Assembly: GCF_009914755.1 (NCBI RefSeq)
Contig: NC_060935.1
Strand: one strand, 5' to 3'
DNA from: the human T2T-CHM13v2.0 reference genome, Homo sapiens
DNA: 64,000 nt
The notes below the pieces were generated by a model. It was not told where the DNA came from. It searched no databases and saw only the letters and a program-made list of their open reading frames with translations. Position numbers and translations under genes: made by a program. Of this stretch, positions 40,731 to 55,620 are shown one piece after another; the stretch's first letter is position 1; the number at the start of each line of letters is the position of its first letter.

Positions 40731-41325
40731 ATCTGGGCAGCTTGTGTTGAAGGCCCACCAAGAAAGTCTAAACACAGACTCCTTCCCTGAACAACTCTGC
40801 ACACAGAGTCCATCACATAGTTTAGCTGCTGAGTCAGAGTCTGGGGATATGAACCTCCTAGAATTAAGCCTGAATGCAGAGCTAAAGTTAAGCTAAGCCA
40901 ATCAGAGCGTGCCTGGTTATTGCCAGCATACCATGAAAGTAGTAAACTGTAAAATGCATTTTGAATACTTGCTTAAAAGTCAGGTATGATGCACATGAGA
41001 CATTTGCTACCACAAAAGTGAAATGTTAGTTACTATTTGGATGAGTAGAAACATGCTGTTCTAAAAAAGCACCTTTACTTTATATAACAATTCTTTTAAA
41101 AATATGAAAATATTTTTCTTAAATATAATGTCTGTATATCATGGAAAATTTAGAAAATATGGAAAAGTAGAGATAAGAAAATGATAGTTCTACCAGGTAA
41201 AGATGACCACAATTCAAATTTTATAGTATTTCTACCCTTAGAATGGTATTTTTATTTATTTGTTTTTGGTCCTATTTCCTCCTCATAATTGAGATCATAA
41301 CATATTTTGCTTCTAAAGAAATAAC

Positions 41326-41619
41326 TTTTTTTTTTTTTTGAAACAGTCTCACTCTGCTGCTCAGACTGAAGTGCAGTGGCACGATCTCGGCTCACAGCAA
41401 CCTCTGCCTCCCAGGTTCAAGTGATTCTCTTGCCCCAGCCTCCTGAGTGGCTGGTATTACAGGCATACACCACCATGCCTGGCTAATTTTTGTATTTTTA
41501 GTAGAGACGCGGTCTCACCATGATGGCCAGGCTGGTCTCGAACTCCTGGCTTCAAGTGATCCATCCACCTCAGCCTACCAAAGTGCTGGGATTACAGGTG
41601 TGAGCCACCACACCCAGCT
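41326..41619 (-). mobile_element. AluS/J with TSD aagaaataac
   Basis: Poly(T), dimer; TSD at 41316-25 and 41620-29. Confidence 0.95.
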
Positions 41620-42904
41620 AAGAAATAACCTAAACTGTTGTTCCTTAATGTTTTTGCATTGGAGGAAAAATCAACATAATATAAGGGATTTGTAATTCAC
41701 TGAGTGAGTGAGTGAGTGAGTGAGTGGGGTTGGGGGAAGCACACAATACTGTCTCCTTGCACATGAAGGAAGAAGCGACTCCTACTAGAGGTTCACAGAG
41801 AAATCCACAGGACAGAATTGATGAGCAAATAGTATTGCAAGTGCATTTGAAAATAATGTACCAGGCAGAGGTATTTTTATCACCTAACTTTGATAAGTAT
41901 ATTTTAAAATATTTTAGAACATCTTATACTCTCTTTTTGGAAACTTTGGCTTAATCTGTATGCACACGAACTCATATCCTTGGGCTTTGAAATGAGGCAT
42001 AGAATCTAACCATTAGTTTGAGGCTCTGAAGGCATCTTATTGGATCTATTTCAACACTAATAGAAATGAGAACGAGGCCAATCATGGCCTGTATTTTTAA
42101 AGGATTTGTGGTTCTCATTTGTATTATCAAACACTTTGTGAGACTTCTTTGGGCCTGAAATTGCCATACTTCACAGTCACAGCCAGCTGTGTCCTGTCAG
42201 CCAGAGACAGTTCACCCCCAAATCTCGCTGCTCTCTGGCAAGGAGATTCTGTTGCTGAAATGAGCAGTAACATTTGGGGATAGTATTTGCAAAACAATTT
42301 AAAGCCTTGAGAAATTTGTAATACTTGAGTAAAATCTAGATAATATTTTCAGTTATCTCCACCCATCACTTTAGAAAACAATGAGTGAATGAGTAAATGA
42401 AAGAAGACAGGCACTGAGAAACTTCCTTGTGGAGAAAACAGAGCCCAAGTCTCAAGGAAGTTATGTTAAAAACGGCGTTAGGTTTTGTTTATACTTTGAT
42501 CTGTATTTTCTAAATCAGGAATTTCAAATAATGTCAGCATAACAACTGGCACCATTTATCTAGTGCCTCAAGCACTGTGTGAAAGCTCTTTTGTAGCTAT
42601 TACAACAAGTAACTCTTCAATAGTTCTTGGTCATTATTCCCCCGTTTCACAGATGATGAAACTGATGCATAGTGGAAAAGATAAAAGTGGAATGCCAGTG
42701 TTTGTTTGTTTGTTTGTTTGTTTTTCTGGGTTTTTTGCTGTGACTATCTTTTTAATGTAGTCCTTGATTGGATCTACTCTGCAGTTACAAAGGGATCATT
42801 TTGGTCTTTGATAATAATTAGTTGGAATTTATTATTTACTTTTGTGACCGTTCCTGTAAGTCTCAGCAGTAGGACACTGTTAAAATCTGTTGTGTTCCTC
42901 AGGA

Positions 42905-43166
42905 CCAGAAACAAAATACCACATGTTCTCAGTTACCACAAGCTGGAGCTAAACATTGAGTCCGCATGGTCACAAAGAAGGGAACAACAGACACTGGGTC
43001 CTACTTGAGGGTGGAGGGAGGGAGGGAGGAGGGAGAGGATCGAAAAACTACTTATCGGGCACTATGCTTATTACCTGGGTGGTGAAAGCCCCACGACACA
43101 CAATTTACCTATGGAACAAACCTGCGCATGTACCACTAAACCGAAAATAAAAGTTAAAAAAAAAAA
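42905..43166 (+). mobile_element. L1PA15/16-like 3' end
   Basis: cacaaagaagggaacaacagacactggg...aacaaacctgcgcatgtacc...aataaaagttaaaaaa. Confidence 0.88.
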
Positions 43167-43562
43167 TGAGTACTTAACAGAAAGTAGTTTTCTTTACCCC
43201 CTTTTGTAACATCAACAGCTAGCATGTATCTGTGGTGGAGGCCCTGTGTTCACTATTTGGCATGTACTACTGTGTATTATATTCTCACCACAACTCTACT
43301 GATGGAAGAAAGACCAATCAACCAACACATTAACCAAAAACTTATTTTTCAAATGAGGAATCGGAAGCATAGGAAGGCTAAGTGACCTGCCTACAACATA
43401 CACCTAGTAAGCGACAAACAAAGTTTGCCTCCCTCTCAGTCTAGGCCCCATCTTTATCCACTGAGCTGTGATCTCCACTAGTCAATAAGAATCCCTCATC
43501 ATAAAATCACAGAATTTAGAGGAATAAGGTCTTAAGAAGCTCCTTATAAGAAAGTACATGGA

Positions 43563-43844
43563 GGCCAGGCACAGTGGCTCACGCCTGTAATCCCGGCACT
43601 TTGGGAGGCTGAAGTGGGTGGATCACTTGGGGTCAGGAGTTCGAGACCATCCTGGCCAACATGGTGAAACCCCGTCTCTACTAAAAATACAAAAATTAGC
43701 CAGGTGTGGTGGCAGGCTTCTGTAATCTCAGCTACTCTGGAGGCTGAGGCAGGGAAACTGCTTGAATCCAGGAAGGGGAGGTTGCAGTGAGCCGAGATCG
43801 TGCCACTGCACTCCAGCCTGGGCGACAGAGCAAGACCCAGTGAA
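43563..43844 (+). mobile_element. AluS with 15-bp TSD and almost no tail
   Basis: TSD aagaaagtacatgga at 43548-62 and 43845-59. Confidence 0.95.
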
Positions 43845-46384
43845 AAGAAAGTACATGGACAAAGGGATGCAAAGCCCAGAGAAGCCAAAGATTTGCCTTG
43901 GGTTACACAGTGAAGGAATGGCAGTGAAGACTGTAGGCTTCCAATTCAGTGTCTTAAAAGTAATCACATTATCAATTGGTAAAGATTTATAGTCACAGGT
44001 GAGTTTTGTTGGTAGCTTCTTGACCGTCAATTTTTCATCTTCTAAGAGCTCTGTGTAGATTGCTCAGCATCTTACTCTTACTAATTCCTTCATGTCAAAG
44101 ACCCCCAGCAAGGGTGCAGTGTCAAGTGCTTTCCAAAGGGACAGAGGCCCTGGCTGTTCTACACTCTCCTTTCATATCCTTGTCCAAGGCCCAGGGATAG
44201 ACAGAACCACAGGTCCATTTAGTAGCACCAAACACCCCACTTCTACTAATGACACGCATCTCTTGAACCACTGAGCCAAGGTGGGGCTTCCATTTTCTCC
44301 CATTTCTCCTCCCCTGCAGCATGCTTTTATGAATTCCCAGCTCCTGCAGGGATCACCCCACCTGTGACAGGGGCTCAGTACTTAGAATCCCTGGGTTGGA
44401 GCACAAGAAAAGGAAAACCAGAAATAGGTCTAGACTTCAGAGTGCTCTGTTTAGCACAGTCCTGAGCATTGCTGTTAATAATGAAGGTCTAACATCCACA
44501 TTTGCAACTTTGCATGGCTCCAGAAGTCCCTTCACACCCACCCCAGGCATTTCCCCAAGTGACAGAGAACAGCAATGAACCACAGCTTGGGCTTTCTGTT
44601 CGGCCCCTTGGCTGGGCTTCAGGAAGTCTGTCTCCTTTAGTGCTTGCTAGAATTGGCTAGAGAACAGTCCTTGACTCGAATAACTGAAAAATATACTTAA
44701 CACCACATTGATTTTCCATATAATTTTATAAGCACAAACATTCTCTTTCATTTCCTGACAAACAACTATATTCCCCAAAGTGTCCAATAAAAATCAGTAA
44801 TTTGCACATCACTGTTTTTGTCGGTGGCTGTTGTTTGGAGTTAGTCACCAAGACCAACGTCTTTCTCCTGATGCCTTTATCCCTCTGTACCCCCTTCCCC
44901 AAACAAATCCCAAAGTTGAACTCGGGAATAAGGGTGGATAGCTATGTAGACCTTCCTGGTGCTGTGTTCAAAGCCCTTTTTGAAAAAAAAATACATAATT
45001 TTTAAGCAATTCTTCATGGAAAAAGGAAACCAAGGGTGGAGAAGAAACATGCTACACTAAACACAGCACTGTCTCCACAATTCTGAGATAGTGCATAGGC
45101 TGCACAGGTCCCCTCCCCTCCAGCTCATCCCCAGCTGTGAGCAGGGACAAATCCTTCTGGTGCAAGTGGAAAGCTGGGATGATTGATTCAATGGCTGACA
45201 AACGTCTCAGGCCAAAAAGGCACCCCAACGTCCAGTGGCAAGTGTTACTCTAAGGTTGCATCATAAGACAAGCAATGACAAGGGTGAAAATTGAAAATGG
45301 TAAGTTGTCATTCCTAGGAATCTTCATGTTGCTCCTTCTCCCCCTAGCAGCGGGAACACAGCATAGTGTGTTCATTTTTATGTGTCGTTCCTAACTTCCA
45401 GGACAGCCTTTCCTCCCAACCAACCTCTCCTCTCTTTGAAACAGCGACCTATGCTGAATGTGGCAGCAAAGAAACAAAGAGGAAGGTGTGGATGCTCACC
45501 CAGAAGTCTTGTCTCCTCGCAGTCCCTTAGAAGCTCAATCCTCAGGAGACAGTGCACTGGGGGTTGCCAAGGGGACCTGAAATACCGGTTTGCCACAATC
45601 CTGACCAAATCGGCTCCCAGGGCTGAGAAGGGAGAAGGTGTCAGTCCATTCAAAACCCATCGTGGCTGATTTTGAAGTGGAAAAAGAAAAAAAGAAGCAA
45701 AGAAAAGCATTGCTCAGCAATGGGCAGGAAGAAGAGTTAAGAGGCTGAGCTCTTCGGCAAGAAATGCCATAGCTCTTTCAACTTGGACAGAGCCAGGACC
45801 ACAGGCTGGTTGTGTCAGAAACTGTGTGTTCTTGCTTAGTGCTTAGGTTTTGTTGTTTTTCCTCCCTCTTTCCCTGAGCCCTGGCACTGGGGAGCATGGA
45901 ATGGCTCAACCTGTTGTAATCAAACATGTGGGTTGCTGCTTGTTGCAAAGATATTGCAGCAGCCTCTTCATTAAAGGAGGCTGTTCTTAGATGCTAAGAA
46001 TTAATTTCCTTGTCTGTGGTTGCCTGCTTGTGCTCTGGCCTTGTTGTGGAGTGGGGCGCTGGGTGGGAATATAGAGAGTAGGACAAAGGGAACACTGGGT
46101 AGAGTAGGACTCCCTGTGCCTGGAGGCTCCCTGGAGGAATGACCCATAATTCTCACTTGCTGGAGCCAGTGGGCTCCTGACAACCACCTCCATGTCTGGT
46201 TCTTAGGAGATGTGGCAGATACTACAGGGAACTCCAGCACATGCAGTCTATGCACAGTTGGGCCCTAATCTTTAATCCCACCCCAGACCTCTAGCACCAA
46301 CTTGAATACTGTCTCCTGGAATCTCAGTCGGCCCTCTGAATCCTGTGCTTAGCGGGTGGTGTCATCTGGGAAAATAGAGAGGGC

Positions 46385-47000
46385 TTTCATTCACCCATTT
46401 GTTGGCTCATTCACTCAGCTATTCCTTCATTGCTGCATGTGTGCATTCATCAGTCCATTCATGTGTTTATTCATTCATTCCTCCTTGCATGAGTGTATTT
46501 ACCTATTAATTTATCCATTCACTCTCATGTGTACATTTGCCCACTTAATATTACTCATTCATATATGTATTTATTGACTCATTAATTTACACATTCATTT
46601 ACATTATTATTCATTGACATATTCATTCATTTGCCTATTACTACACCCATGCAATCCATGCACTTGATTAACGTGCATGCACTCATTTTTGCCTATGTGA
46701 GAAAAACTTATTTACTTTTTCTTACAAGTGCTTGTTCCTCCATCCATCCATCCATCCATTTATCCCCATATCCAGTCAACCACTTCTAACTTCGTTTATT
46801 CATAGATATGTTGTCTGTTAGCTTATATGTTCATTTATTTATGCACTCATTTATTTAACTCTTCATCGGTTCATGTTCCACACACATCCTAAGTGCCTAC
46901 GACGTGCTTGGCACTGTGGGGGAAAGAAAATAAAGAATCAGGCACCCCTCCTGTCCTGAACAAGTCAAAGACAGAAGACCTGTCTGTCCTCAAGGAATCT
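46385..47000 (-). repeat. Degenerate (CATT)/(TCCA)n tract expanded from an L2 3' end
   Basis: Repeated ttcattc/catccatcc, running into L2 (agtgcctac...gcactgtggg). Confidence 0.75.
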
Positions 47001-48444
47001 AATGAAAGAACATGATGGATGCCCTAAGAGAGGGGCAGAGGAATGTCAGGTGGGAGATTGTAGGGAGAGCTGAGGTCCCAGGCTGCAGCTGGGAACATTG
47101 GAAAGAACACTGGGCTTGGCTTCAGTCTCACTGACATGGCCTCAAAGCTCGCTCTGCCACTTGGCGCTGGTTAATTAACCTTTCTGAATCTCAGTCTCCT
47201 CCAATGATGTAGGCCACACTGGGGGGTTGGGAAGACTAAGTTAGGTCACCGACATGAGATTAACAAAGGCGGCGTGGGGCTCTGTAATGTTCAGTTTTTT
47301 CCTCCTCCTCCTCTACATTTATTTTCTAAACTTTGTCAGCAAGTCTGCCTTTACTTACTCTGGGGGTAGAGCAGGGAAGAAGGGGTGAAGCCCAGGGGTG
47401 AATCTTCCTCGGCTCACAGGGAGCTAGTTGGAGGGGCTGAGGAAGCAGAAGTTAATCTCTGAGAGGTTTCCAGACCCTCCGCAGGGCCCCCTGAGAAAGG
47501 CTGAGGGAAGCTGTCAGTCTTTCAAATGTAAAACCTGCCAAGTGAATTGGTCAAAGGAATCTATTAACATAGGATTTGCACAAACCCTCGTCATTGGGTG
47601 AAAGTGGATGAAGGATTTTATCAAGAACAGAAGGAGATCAGGGCCCAGGTGCCACTTTGGGGATGGGATGAAAGGAGGGGGTCTGACTGGTGGGAGTGTA
47701 CACCTCTCTGAAGTCCTGTGGTTCCAGGGGGAAAGGGAAGGGAGCCTCCATTTCTTGAGCCACCCACTCTATTGTCCAGACCTTGTGTGGATGCTGGGTG
47801 TACATTATCTCACTTGTTTCTTACAGTGGCCACATGAGCCCGGTATTATTATAAATGAGGAAACTAAAAGGTTCAGCAGTTTGCTCAAGGTCACATAATT
47901 AATAAGAAGCAGAAGCAGAATTTAAATGCAGGCCTGTCTGATTCCAAAATCTCTGCTTTGATCCACGATAACACGCTTCCTCATGAAGGTTGTCCACACT
48001 CTGTAGTCTTTTCTAAAAGCTTATGTAAATAGGCTATGAACGGTCATTGTCCAAAGATTTTTTTACTGTCTTTACTAACTGAATCCTAAAATGTAAACAG
48101 AAGTAGGCCAGATCTTCAAGGGAACAAATGAGAATTTTTATTTTAGAGTCATATACAATATATGTGTACAGTATATATTGTTTTCATTTTATTTTAAAAT
48201 ATTTTTAGCAGTTGGGACATAAAAATATGACATGAAACACAAACAGCTTCATGGTTTCCCATTATGCTTCAAGGCAGGGGGCCTGGGGCTGTGGCTGTCT
48301 TGGCAGGACTGGCTTCATAGCCCAGGCTTGCAGTGAGAAATTAAGAATGTGACAGGTTCAGAGCTGCTATTCCAGATATGTGAGTACAAGTATGGTGGGG
48401 ATATGGGGCAATGAGAGTCCTAGGCCCAAATCACAGAAGGCCAG

Positions 48445-48848
48445 TGTTACAGGCTGAACTGTGACCCCTCCAAATTCATGTGTTGAATCCCTAACCTCCA
48501 GTATCTCAGAATGTGATTGTATTTGGAAATAGAGCCTTGAAAGGGGCAATTAAGGTAAAATGAGGCCCTCAGAATGGGCTCTAATCCAATCTTACTGGTG
48601 GCCTTATAAGAGGAGATTAGGACACACAGTGGGACACCAGGGGTGGGCGTGCGCAGAGGCAGGACCATGCAAAGAGGCAGCAAGAGGTCAGTCATCTTCT
48701 AGCCAAGGAGAGAAGCCTCAGCCAAAACCAACCTAGCTTGTACCTTGATCTTGGACTGCTGGCCTCCAGAAGTGAGAAAATACATTTCTGTTGTTTGAGC
48801 CACTCAGTCTATGGCATTTTGTTATGGCAGCCCTAGCAAACTAATCCA
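48445..48848 (+). mobile_element. MaLR solo LTR (MLT1A/B)
   Basis: TG...CA; 5-bp TSD gccag (48440-44 and 48849-53); ttttgttatggcagccctagcaaactaa. Confidence 0.92.
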
Positions 48849-49469
48849 GCCAGGGAGCATCTGTGGTGGCCAGAGGAACTTGGGGGGATTAGAAACAGTG
48901 GCTTTTCATACTCAACAGGGAGGCACTTCAGTATTTTAACAATGACTACAACCATTTGGGGGCATACTGCTGCATTGGCTCTGAGCAAGTGTGGCCTAAA
49001 TAAAGGGGAAGGGCTGTAGATGGGGTGACCCTGTTCAGAAGAGACATTCCCAAGTAAGTGGAGAGGCAGTGTGGCAGTGTGAGAGAGACAGGTGGAGGAG
49101 ATGTGAGCATAAACTACCCCAGAAGATCCCCTGGGACCCAGAATCAGGTGGAAGGAAGTATGGAGACTTCTAAGACACAATCTAATGAAGACAGGGAGAA
49201 TGGGAGAGAAGATAATAGCAGCATTTGAGCAGGTGACAGTAGACTGTAGAAAGCCCAGTTCTGAGTCAGTGGTGGGGAAAGCCAATAATCATCCTAATTT
49301 CTACTGCCAAGCCTGCAAATGGCTCAGGAATTAGCAGCTTCAGGTTTATCTGGAACTGAGGGGAGGAGAGGAGTCAGATCTCTAGAACCCTCCCTTGCTT
49401 CACATTTCTGGGAGATTGGTCCTTCCCCACCTGGGGAAAGCTGGAGATTTATTGTCTGGAGAGGGTAAG

Positions 49470-50139
<670 letters not shown>

Positions 50140-50197
50140 GTGAGCAATAGAATTTCTCTGGGCTGAAGGACACCAGGTACAGTTGAGGCAAGTCACC

Positions 50198-50607
50198 TGA
50201 TATAATTAGGATCTGTGTCCCCACCCAAATCTTATGTTGAATTGTAATCCCCAGTATTAGAGGTGGAGCCTGGTGGGAGGTGATTGGATCAAGGGGGTGG
50301 AGTTCTTATGAATGGTTTAGCACTGTCCCCTCTGTGCTGTTCTCATGATAGTGGGTGAGTAAGTTATCATGAGATATGGTTGTTTAAAAGTGTGTAGCTC
50401 CTGCTCTGGCCAGATAAGACAAGCCTGCTTTCCCTTTATATTCTGCCTTAATTGTAAGTTTCCTGAGGCCTCCCCAGAAGCGTAGCAGATGCCAGCATTA
50501 TGCGTCCTGTACAGTCTGAAGAACCATGAACCAATTAACCCTCTTTTCTTTATAAATTACCCAGTCTCAGGTATTTATTTCTAGTAGTGCAAGAATGGAC
50601 TAATACA
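50198..50607 (+). mobile_element. MST (A/B) solo LTR
   Basis: tgtccccacccaaatc...ataaattacccagtctcaggtatt...ggactaataca; TSD (t/g)cacc. Confidence 0.92.
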
Positions 50608-50690
50608 GCACCCCACTGAACAAAGGATGTGTGTATATATCTGCATGTAGAAAGCCAAGACCATCCCACTGCCAGCTCCCAGCCACAGGC

Positions 50691-51470
50691 TGTATGAGGT
50701 TTCTACTGCTGTTGTAACGTCCACAAGCTTAGTGACTTCTCTTTATTATCTTACAGTTCTGGAGGTTACAAGTCCAAAATCAGTTTTAATGACTAAAGTC
50801 AAGGTGTTGGTAGAGCTGTCTCTTCTGGAGGCCCTGAGGAAAACCTGTTTCCTTGCCTTTTCCTGCTTCTGGAGGATGCCCACATTCCTTGGCTCATGAC
50901 CCTTCATCATTTCAATCTCTGCTTCTGTAATCACATCTTTCACTTGGAGCCTCTTTCTTCCTTCTTTTTTTTTTTTTTGAGACAGAGTCTTGCTATGTCG
51001 CCCAGGCTGGAGCACAGTGGCACAATCTCGGCTCACTGCAAGCTCCACCTCTCAGGTTCACGCCATTCTCCTGCCTCAGCCTCCTGAGTAGCTGGGACTA
51101 CAGGTGCCCGCAACCACGCCCGGCTAATTTTTTTTTTTTTTTGTATTTTTAGTAGAGATGGGGTTTCACCGTGTTAGCCAGGATGGTCTCGATCTCCTGA
51201 TCTCATGATCCGCCTGCCTCGGCCTCCCAAAGTGCTGGGATTACAGGCGTGAGCCACCCTGCCCGGCCACTCTTTCTTCCTTCTTGTAAAAGCCTTTGTG
51301 ATTACAGTGGATGATCCAGCCCACTGGATAATCCAGAATAATATCCCCATCTCAAGAGCCTTAACTTAATGACATCTGCAAAGCCCCCTTTGACCTGTTA
51401 AGTAACATATTCACAGGTTCTAAGGATTAGGACATGGACCTTTTTGGGGACCATTATTCTTCCTACCACA
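50691..51470 (-). mobile_element. MLT1 (C/D-like) solo LTR interrupted by AluY
   Basis: ttatcttacagttctggagg...ggataatccagaataat...aggattaggacatggac. Confidence 0.88.
50965..51268 (-). mobile_element. AluY
   Basis: ctgcaagctcc, ttcacgccattctcc; TSD ctctttcttccttc. Confidence 0.95.
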
Positions 51471-51474
51471 CAGG

Positions 51475-52410
51475 GTATTGGAAGGATCTTCTCTGAAAGT
51501 CTAGTTTATCTGACTCATTCCAAGAAGACCCAAAGGGACTGACATTGGGTGTTCCCAGCACTGGCTTGGTTGGCTCTTCTGCAGTGACATTCACTGTGAT
51601 AAGCCCCACCTACAAGCTCAACCAGCTTCTCATCCCCAGTTCTTAAATATGGGCAGATATCTGAAGAGAGCCACTAGCATGGAAGACAGAGACCAAAACA
51701 GAGAAAGGAGACTTGGGGAAGATGGAATCCATGTAGGGAGTAGGACAGTGAAAAGAAAAGCTTTCAGGGAAATTATACCCATTAGAAGGATTGGAAGATG
51801 AGGTTGAGATCTCTTATTAAACCAAAATACAAAACAAAACCAAGGAAGTGAAAAGTATGAGAAAAAAGATAAGTAAGTGAGAAGACTGATGTAGGAGATT
51901 CTATATCTAAATAATAGGAGTTCCGGAAAGGAAAACAGAAAATGAGTAAAGAAATCATTAATAAAATAATTCAAAAATGTTTCCAGAATTGAATGGTATG
52001 AGTTCCGAGATGTAAGGGCCCACTGAGTGCCTAGAATAGTGGATAAAAATACACCCACCCAAGACACATCATTGTGAGATTTCACAACTCTGGGGACAAA
52101 GAAAAGAGTTTAGAAGTTTCCAGAGAGGAGTAAGCTCAGACAAGAGCTGAGGAATCTGAAAGTCTTCCAGTTGCTCAGTGGTAACACTAGAAACTGAGAC
52201 AGAGGAGTAATACTTTAAAAATTCTGAAGAAATGACTTCCAACTCAGAATTCTATGAGTGAGGTGGGATAAAAACATTTTGAGATATTCAAGGCTTCAAA
52301 AATTTTTACCTCTCATATACCTTGTTTCAGAAAGCTTTTGGAGAATGTCTTCCCCCGCAAACAAGGAAGTAAACCATGAAAAAGCAAATGATGTGAAACT
52401 GGTAATATGG
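51475..52410 (+). mobile_element. HAL1/L1 ORF1-like fragment
   Basis: aataggagttccggaaagg...agggcccactgagtgcc...caagacacatcattgtgagatttc. Confidence 0.7.
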
Positions 52411-52414
52411 AATT

Positions 52415-52718
52415 GACTGATTGATTGATTGATTGATTTTGAGACAGTCTCACTCTGTTGCCCAGGCTGGAGTGCAGTAGTACGATCTCGGTTCACTGCA
52501 ACCTCTATCTCCCGGGCTCAAGAAATCCTCCCACCTCAGTAGCTGGGACCACAGACATGTGCCACTGCACCTGGCTAATTTTTTTTTTTGTATTTTTGGT
52601 AGAGATGGGGTTTCACCATGTTGCCCAGGGCTGGTCTCAAACTCCTGAGCTCAAGCGATCTGCCCACCTCAGTCTCCCAAAGTGCTGGGATTATAGGCGA
52701 GAGCCACTGTGCCCGCCC
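52415..52718 (-). mobile_element. AluJ with (GATT)n tail
   Basis: TSD aatatgg(a/g)att. Confidence 0.92.
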
Positions 52719-54822
52719 AATATGGGATTTAATACAGGAGAGAGGAGAAGCCAAGGCCAGGTAGGCAGGTATGCTTTAGGCATGGAGGGCGTCAGTCCAG
52801 ATGGAGATGGTCAGAAGGTTCCAGAGGGAGTCTGGACCCTGCTGTCAGCTCTCCAGGCCAGGGGGCTAAAGGAGACTTCTCTCCACCAGTAGAAGAGTCT
52901 ACAGCTGCTTTTGTTGCCAAAGATATAGATTGCCTAGATTCTAGACAATCTTGTTTTTATTGATCTGACTCAGTATCCCCTTCAGCATTCTAGATCCCTG
53001 AATTCCCTAGCTAGGGAGTAGCTAGAGGCTGCTTCATGAGCTCTCAGCCATGTGTGGACAGCTCACTGGGGACTGTGATATTGCTGCTTGGGGCTGAGGT
53101 TTCCACAGGCTCATTCACCTACTTGCCTATCTCTTATCCTGAGGTAGCGCCTCTTTGGCCAACACACACTGGACTGGGAGCTCTCCATTCCTCAGGATTC
53201 TCCTCCACAGACAGTCTTCCCCCAGTGCTACTCTGCAGTGCTCAGGCCTCTTCCTTCATTCCACTAACCCAGGGTGAGCGGGTGAGTGGGGACAGTGTAG
53301 CCCACGAGGTTTCATGCCAGAATCTCTTGGCGTAGAACATCACTGCCTTTTGATGTTGAGATCCTCTTTCTGCTGGCTCCAAAACCAGAAACCAAGACCT
53401 GAAGATAAGGCTAAGTGGGGGAAATAAAGAGATTCAGCCTGTTGTTGCCTGGCTATCCGTTTACCCTTTGCCTTCCTCCAAAACAAAACAAAACAAAAAA
53501 ACCCTCTGAACACTCAAGAGCAAGAGTGACATTTATCATAGTAGTCATGAATCTACTCTAATTTGAAGAGTAAATCGTTAGCAACATCAAGCAGATGGTG
53601 TTATAAGCTAGTATAAGTAAAAATTACACACACGTCACTACTGATGGTGACATACCAATGTAAATGGCAGACAATCACAGGTTTTTGGAGGAGGCCAAAC
53701 ATCTCTCTTTCTTTAATCCTTTCTTCCATGGTCTTTCCAGAAAGACACCCATCACTTGGAGAGAGGGTGGGGATTGTAGAGTGATATTCAAAACTGCTAG
53801 TGGAAGTCAGTTTCAAGGAACATTCATTGCCCATCTATTATGCACCAGACATTGAACTGCTTTAAAATACTCCATGTGATTAAGTCACGGAAATGGGGAC
53901 ACGTGAAATTATTATCATCAATTATAGCAATGGATATATGTGCATTATGGGAGACTCCCTCAGTCATCCTCTTTTTTGCATCTGTAAAGTGGGGGTGACA
54001 TTTTCCATCCCAGCCAACTCTATGAGGTAGAAGAGCCTCTAACTCTGAATGAACTCTGAAGTTTAGTCTCACAAGTGTTGCTGCTGAAATTACTCTTTCT
54101 GGAACAGAAGTTTACAGGTTTTAAAACATCTCAAATTAATTATGTGTTTTCATCCTCTCAGCATTCCAAGGAAGTAGGCTGGAATTAGAACTTTTCTAGC
54201 AGTTTTTGGCAATACCATCAGAAAGGGGAAAGTACAATGTCGTCCTAATGTCATTAGCACTTTGAATCACCCAGGCAGGCATGTGTTGAGGCTTTCCAGT
54301 GTGAATGTTCTCATTGAAACAGTGTTCTGTATTTTGATACTAAAACACGAGCAGGCCTGGTCTGCTCTGTTTGGCAGAGTACGAGCTCCCTACAAATGAC
54401 TGTGCCTTTCTCAGTTCAGGTTTAGCACCTGGGAAAGAAGAAGAACTCTGGAAGTGTTCATTGACTGACTGACTGAGTGAATGGATGGGTGGATGGATGG
54501 ATGGATGAATGAATAAATGGGGGAAGGCACAGGAAATTAGACTAATGGGTAGAAGAAAACTGAGATCACAAAGATCTGGGACTAAGATCCTTAAAATGTG
54601 ATGAATATAAGATAAGAAGTTCCCAACATAAAAACTAAAACTGTAAACTGAGAAAAGAATAGATTAAAATATATATGAAATTTAAAAATGTGAACATATG
54701 TTGTATTTAATTAAGATCAACAATAAGCAAATGAGAAGCTTGTGTCTATGTTGACGTTTCAATTCTCACCATGATTTTTGATTAGGTTATATTTATTTAT
54801 GATTTTTGGCACATTAAAGGGC

Positions 54823-55138
<316 letters not shown>

Positions 55139-55480
55139 CCTAAAGGGCTTTTTTAAAAAAAAAAAAAGAGAAGAAATCCTGAGAATCAGCTTTGAAAGTA
55201 AAACAATAAACACAAACACAATTTTCCACTTTACTAAATTTAAATGATATCCTTCTTAATCAACTAAAGAGAAATCAACTGTTATTAATTAAATGCTCAA
55301 TCATGGAATGACAACTAGCATGATCAACAGAGACTCATCTCCTACACCACTGGTAGCTAACAAGCCTTTTTATGTGATTGACATTAGCAACCATACAGCA
55401 AACAAAAGGAATGTCCAGTAAGGCCTGGAGGCTAAAAGTGATTGTGCTCTGGATTGTTGGTAGACGATTAACTAAAGATA

Positions 55481-55507
55481 CACACACACACACACACACA
55501 CACACAC
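55481..55507. repeat. (CA)n microsatellite
   Basis: Direct. Confidence 0.95.
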
Positions 55508-55620
55508 CCCAGGTAAAGCCTTTTATAAACTATATATTTTTTATCTATTAAATAGCAACACATATAATTCAACTTTATGGGCAGTAAGAAGTCACTCGTT
55601 TAACATAGTCATTGGCCTGG

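Noticed and set aside
45378-45720. Possible small gene or processed pseudogene
   Set aside because: No recognisable protein, poly(A) or TSD; better treated as a candidate enhancer.
52840-53400. Possible ancient LTR or pseudogene
   Set aside because: Could not assign a family or reading frame by eye.
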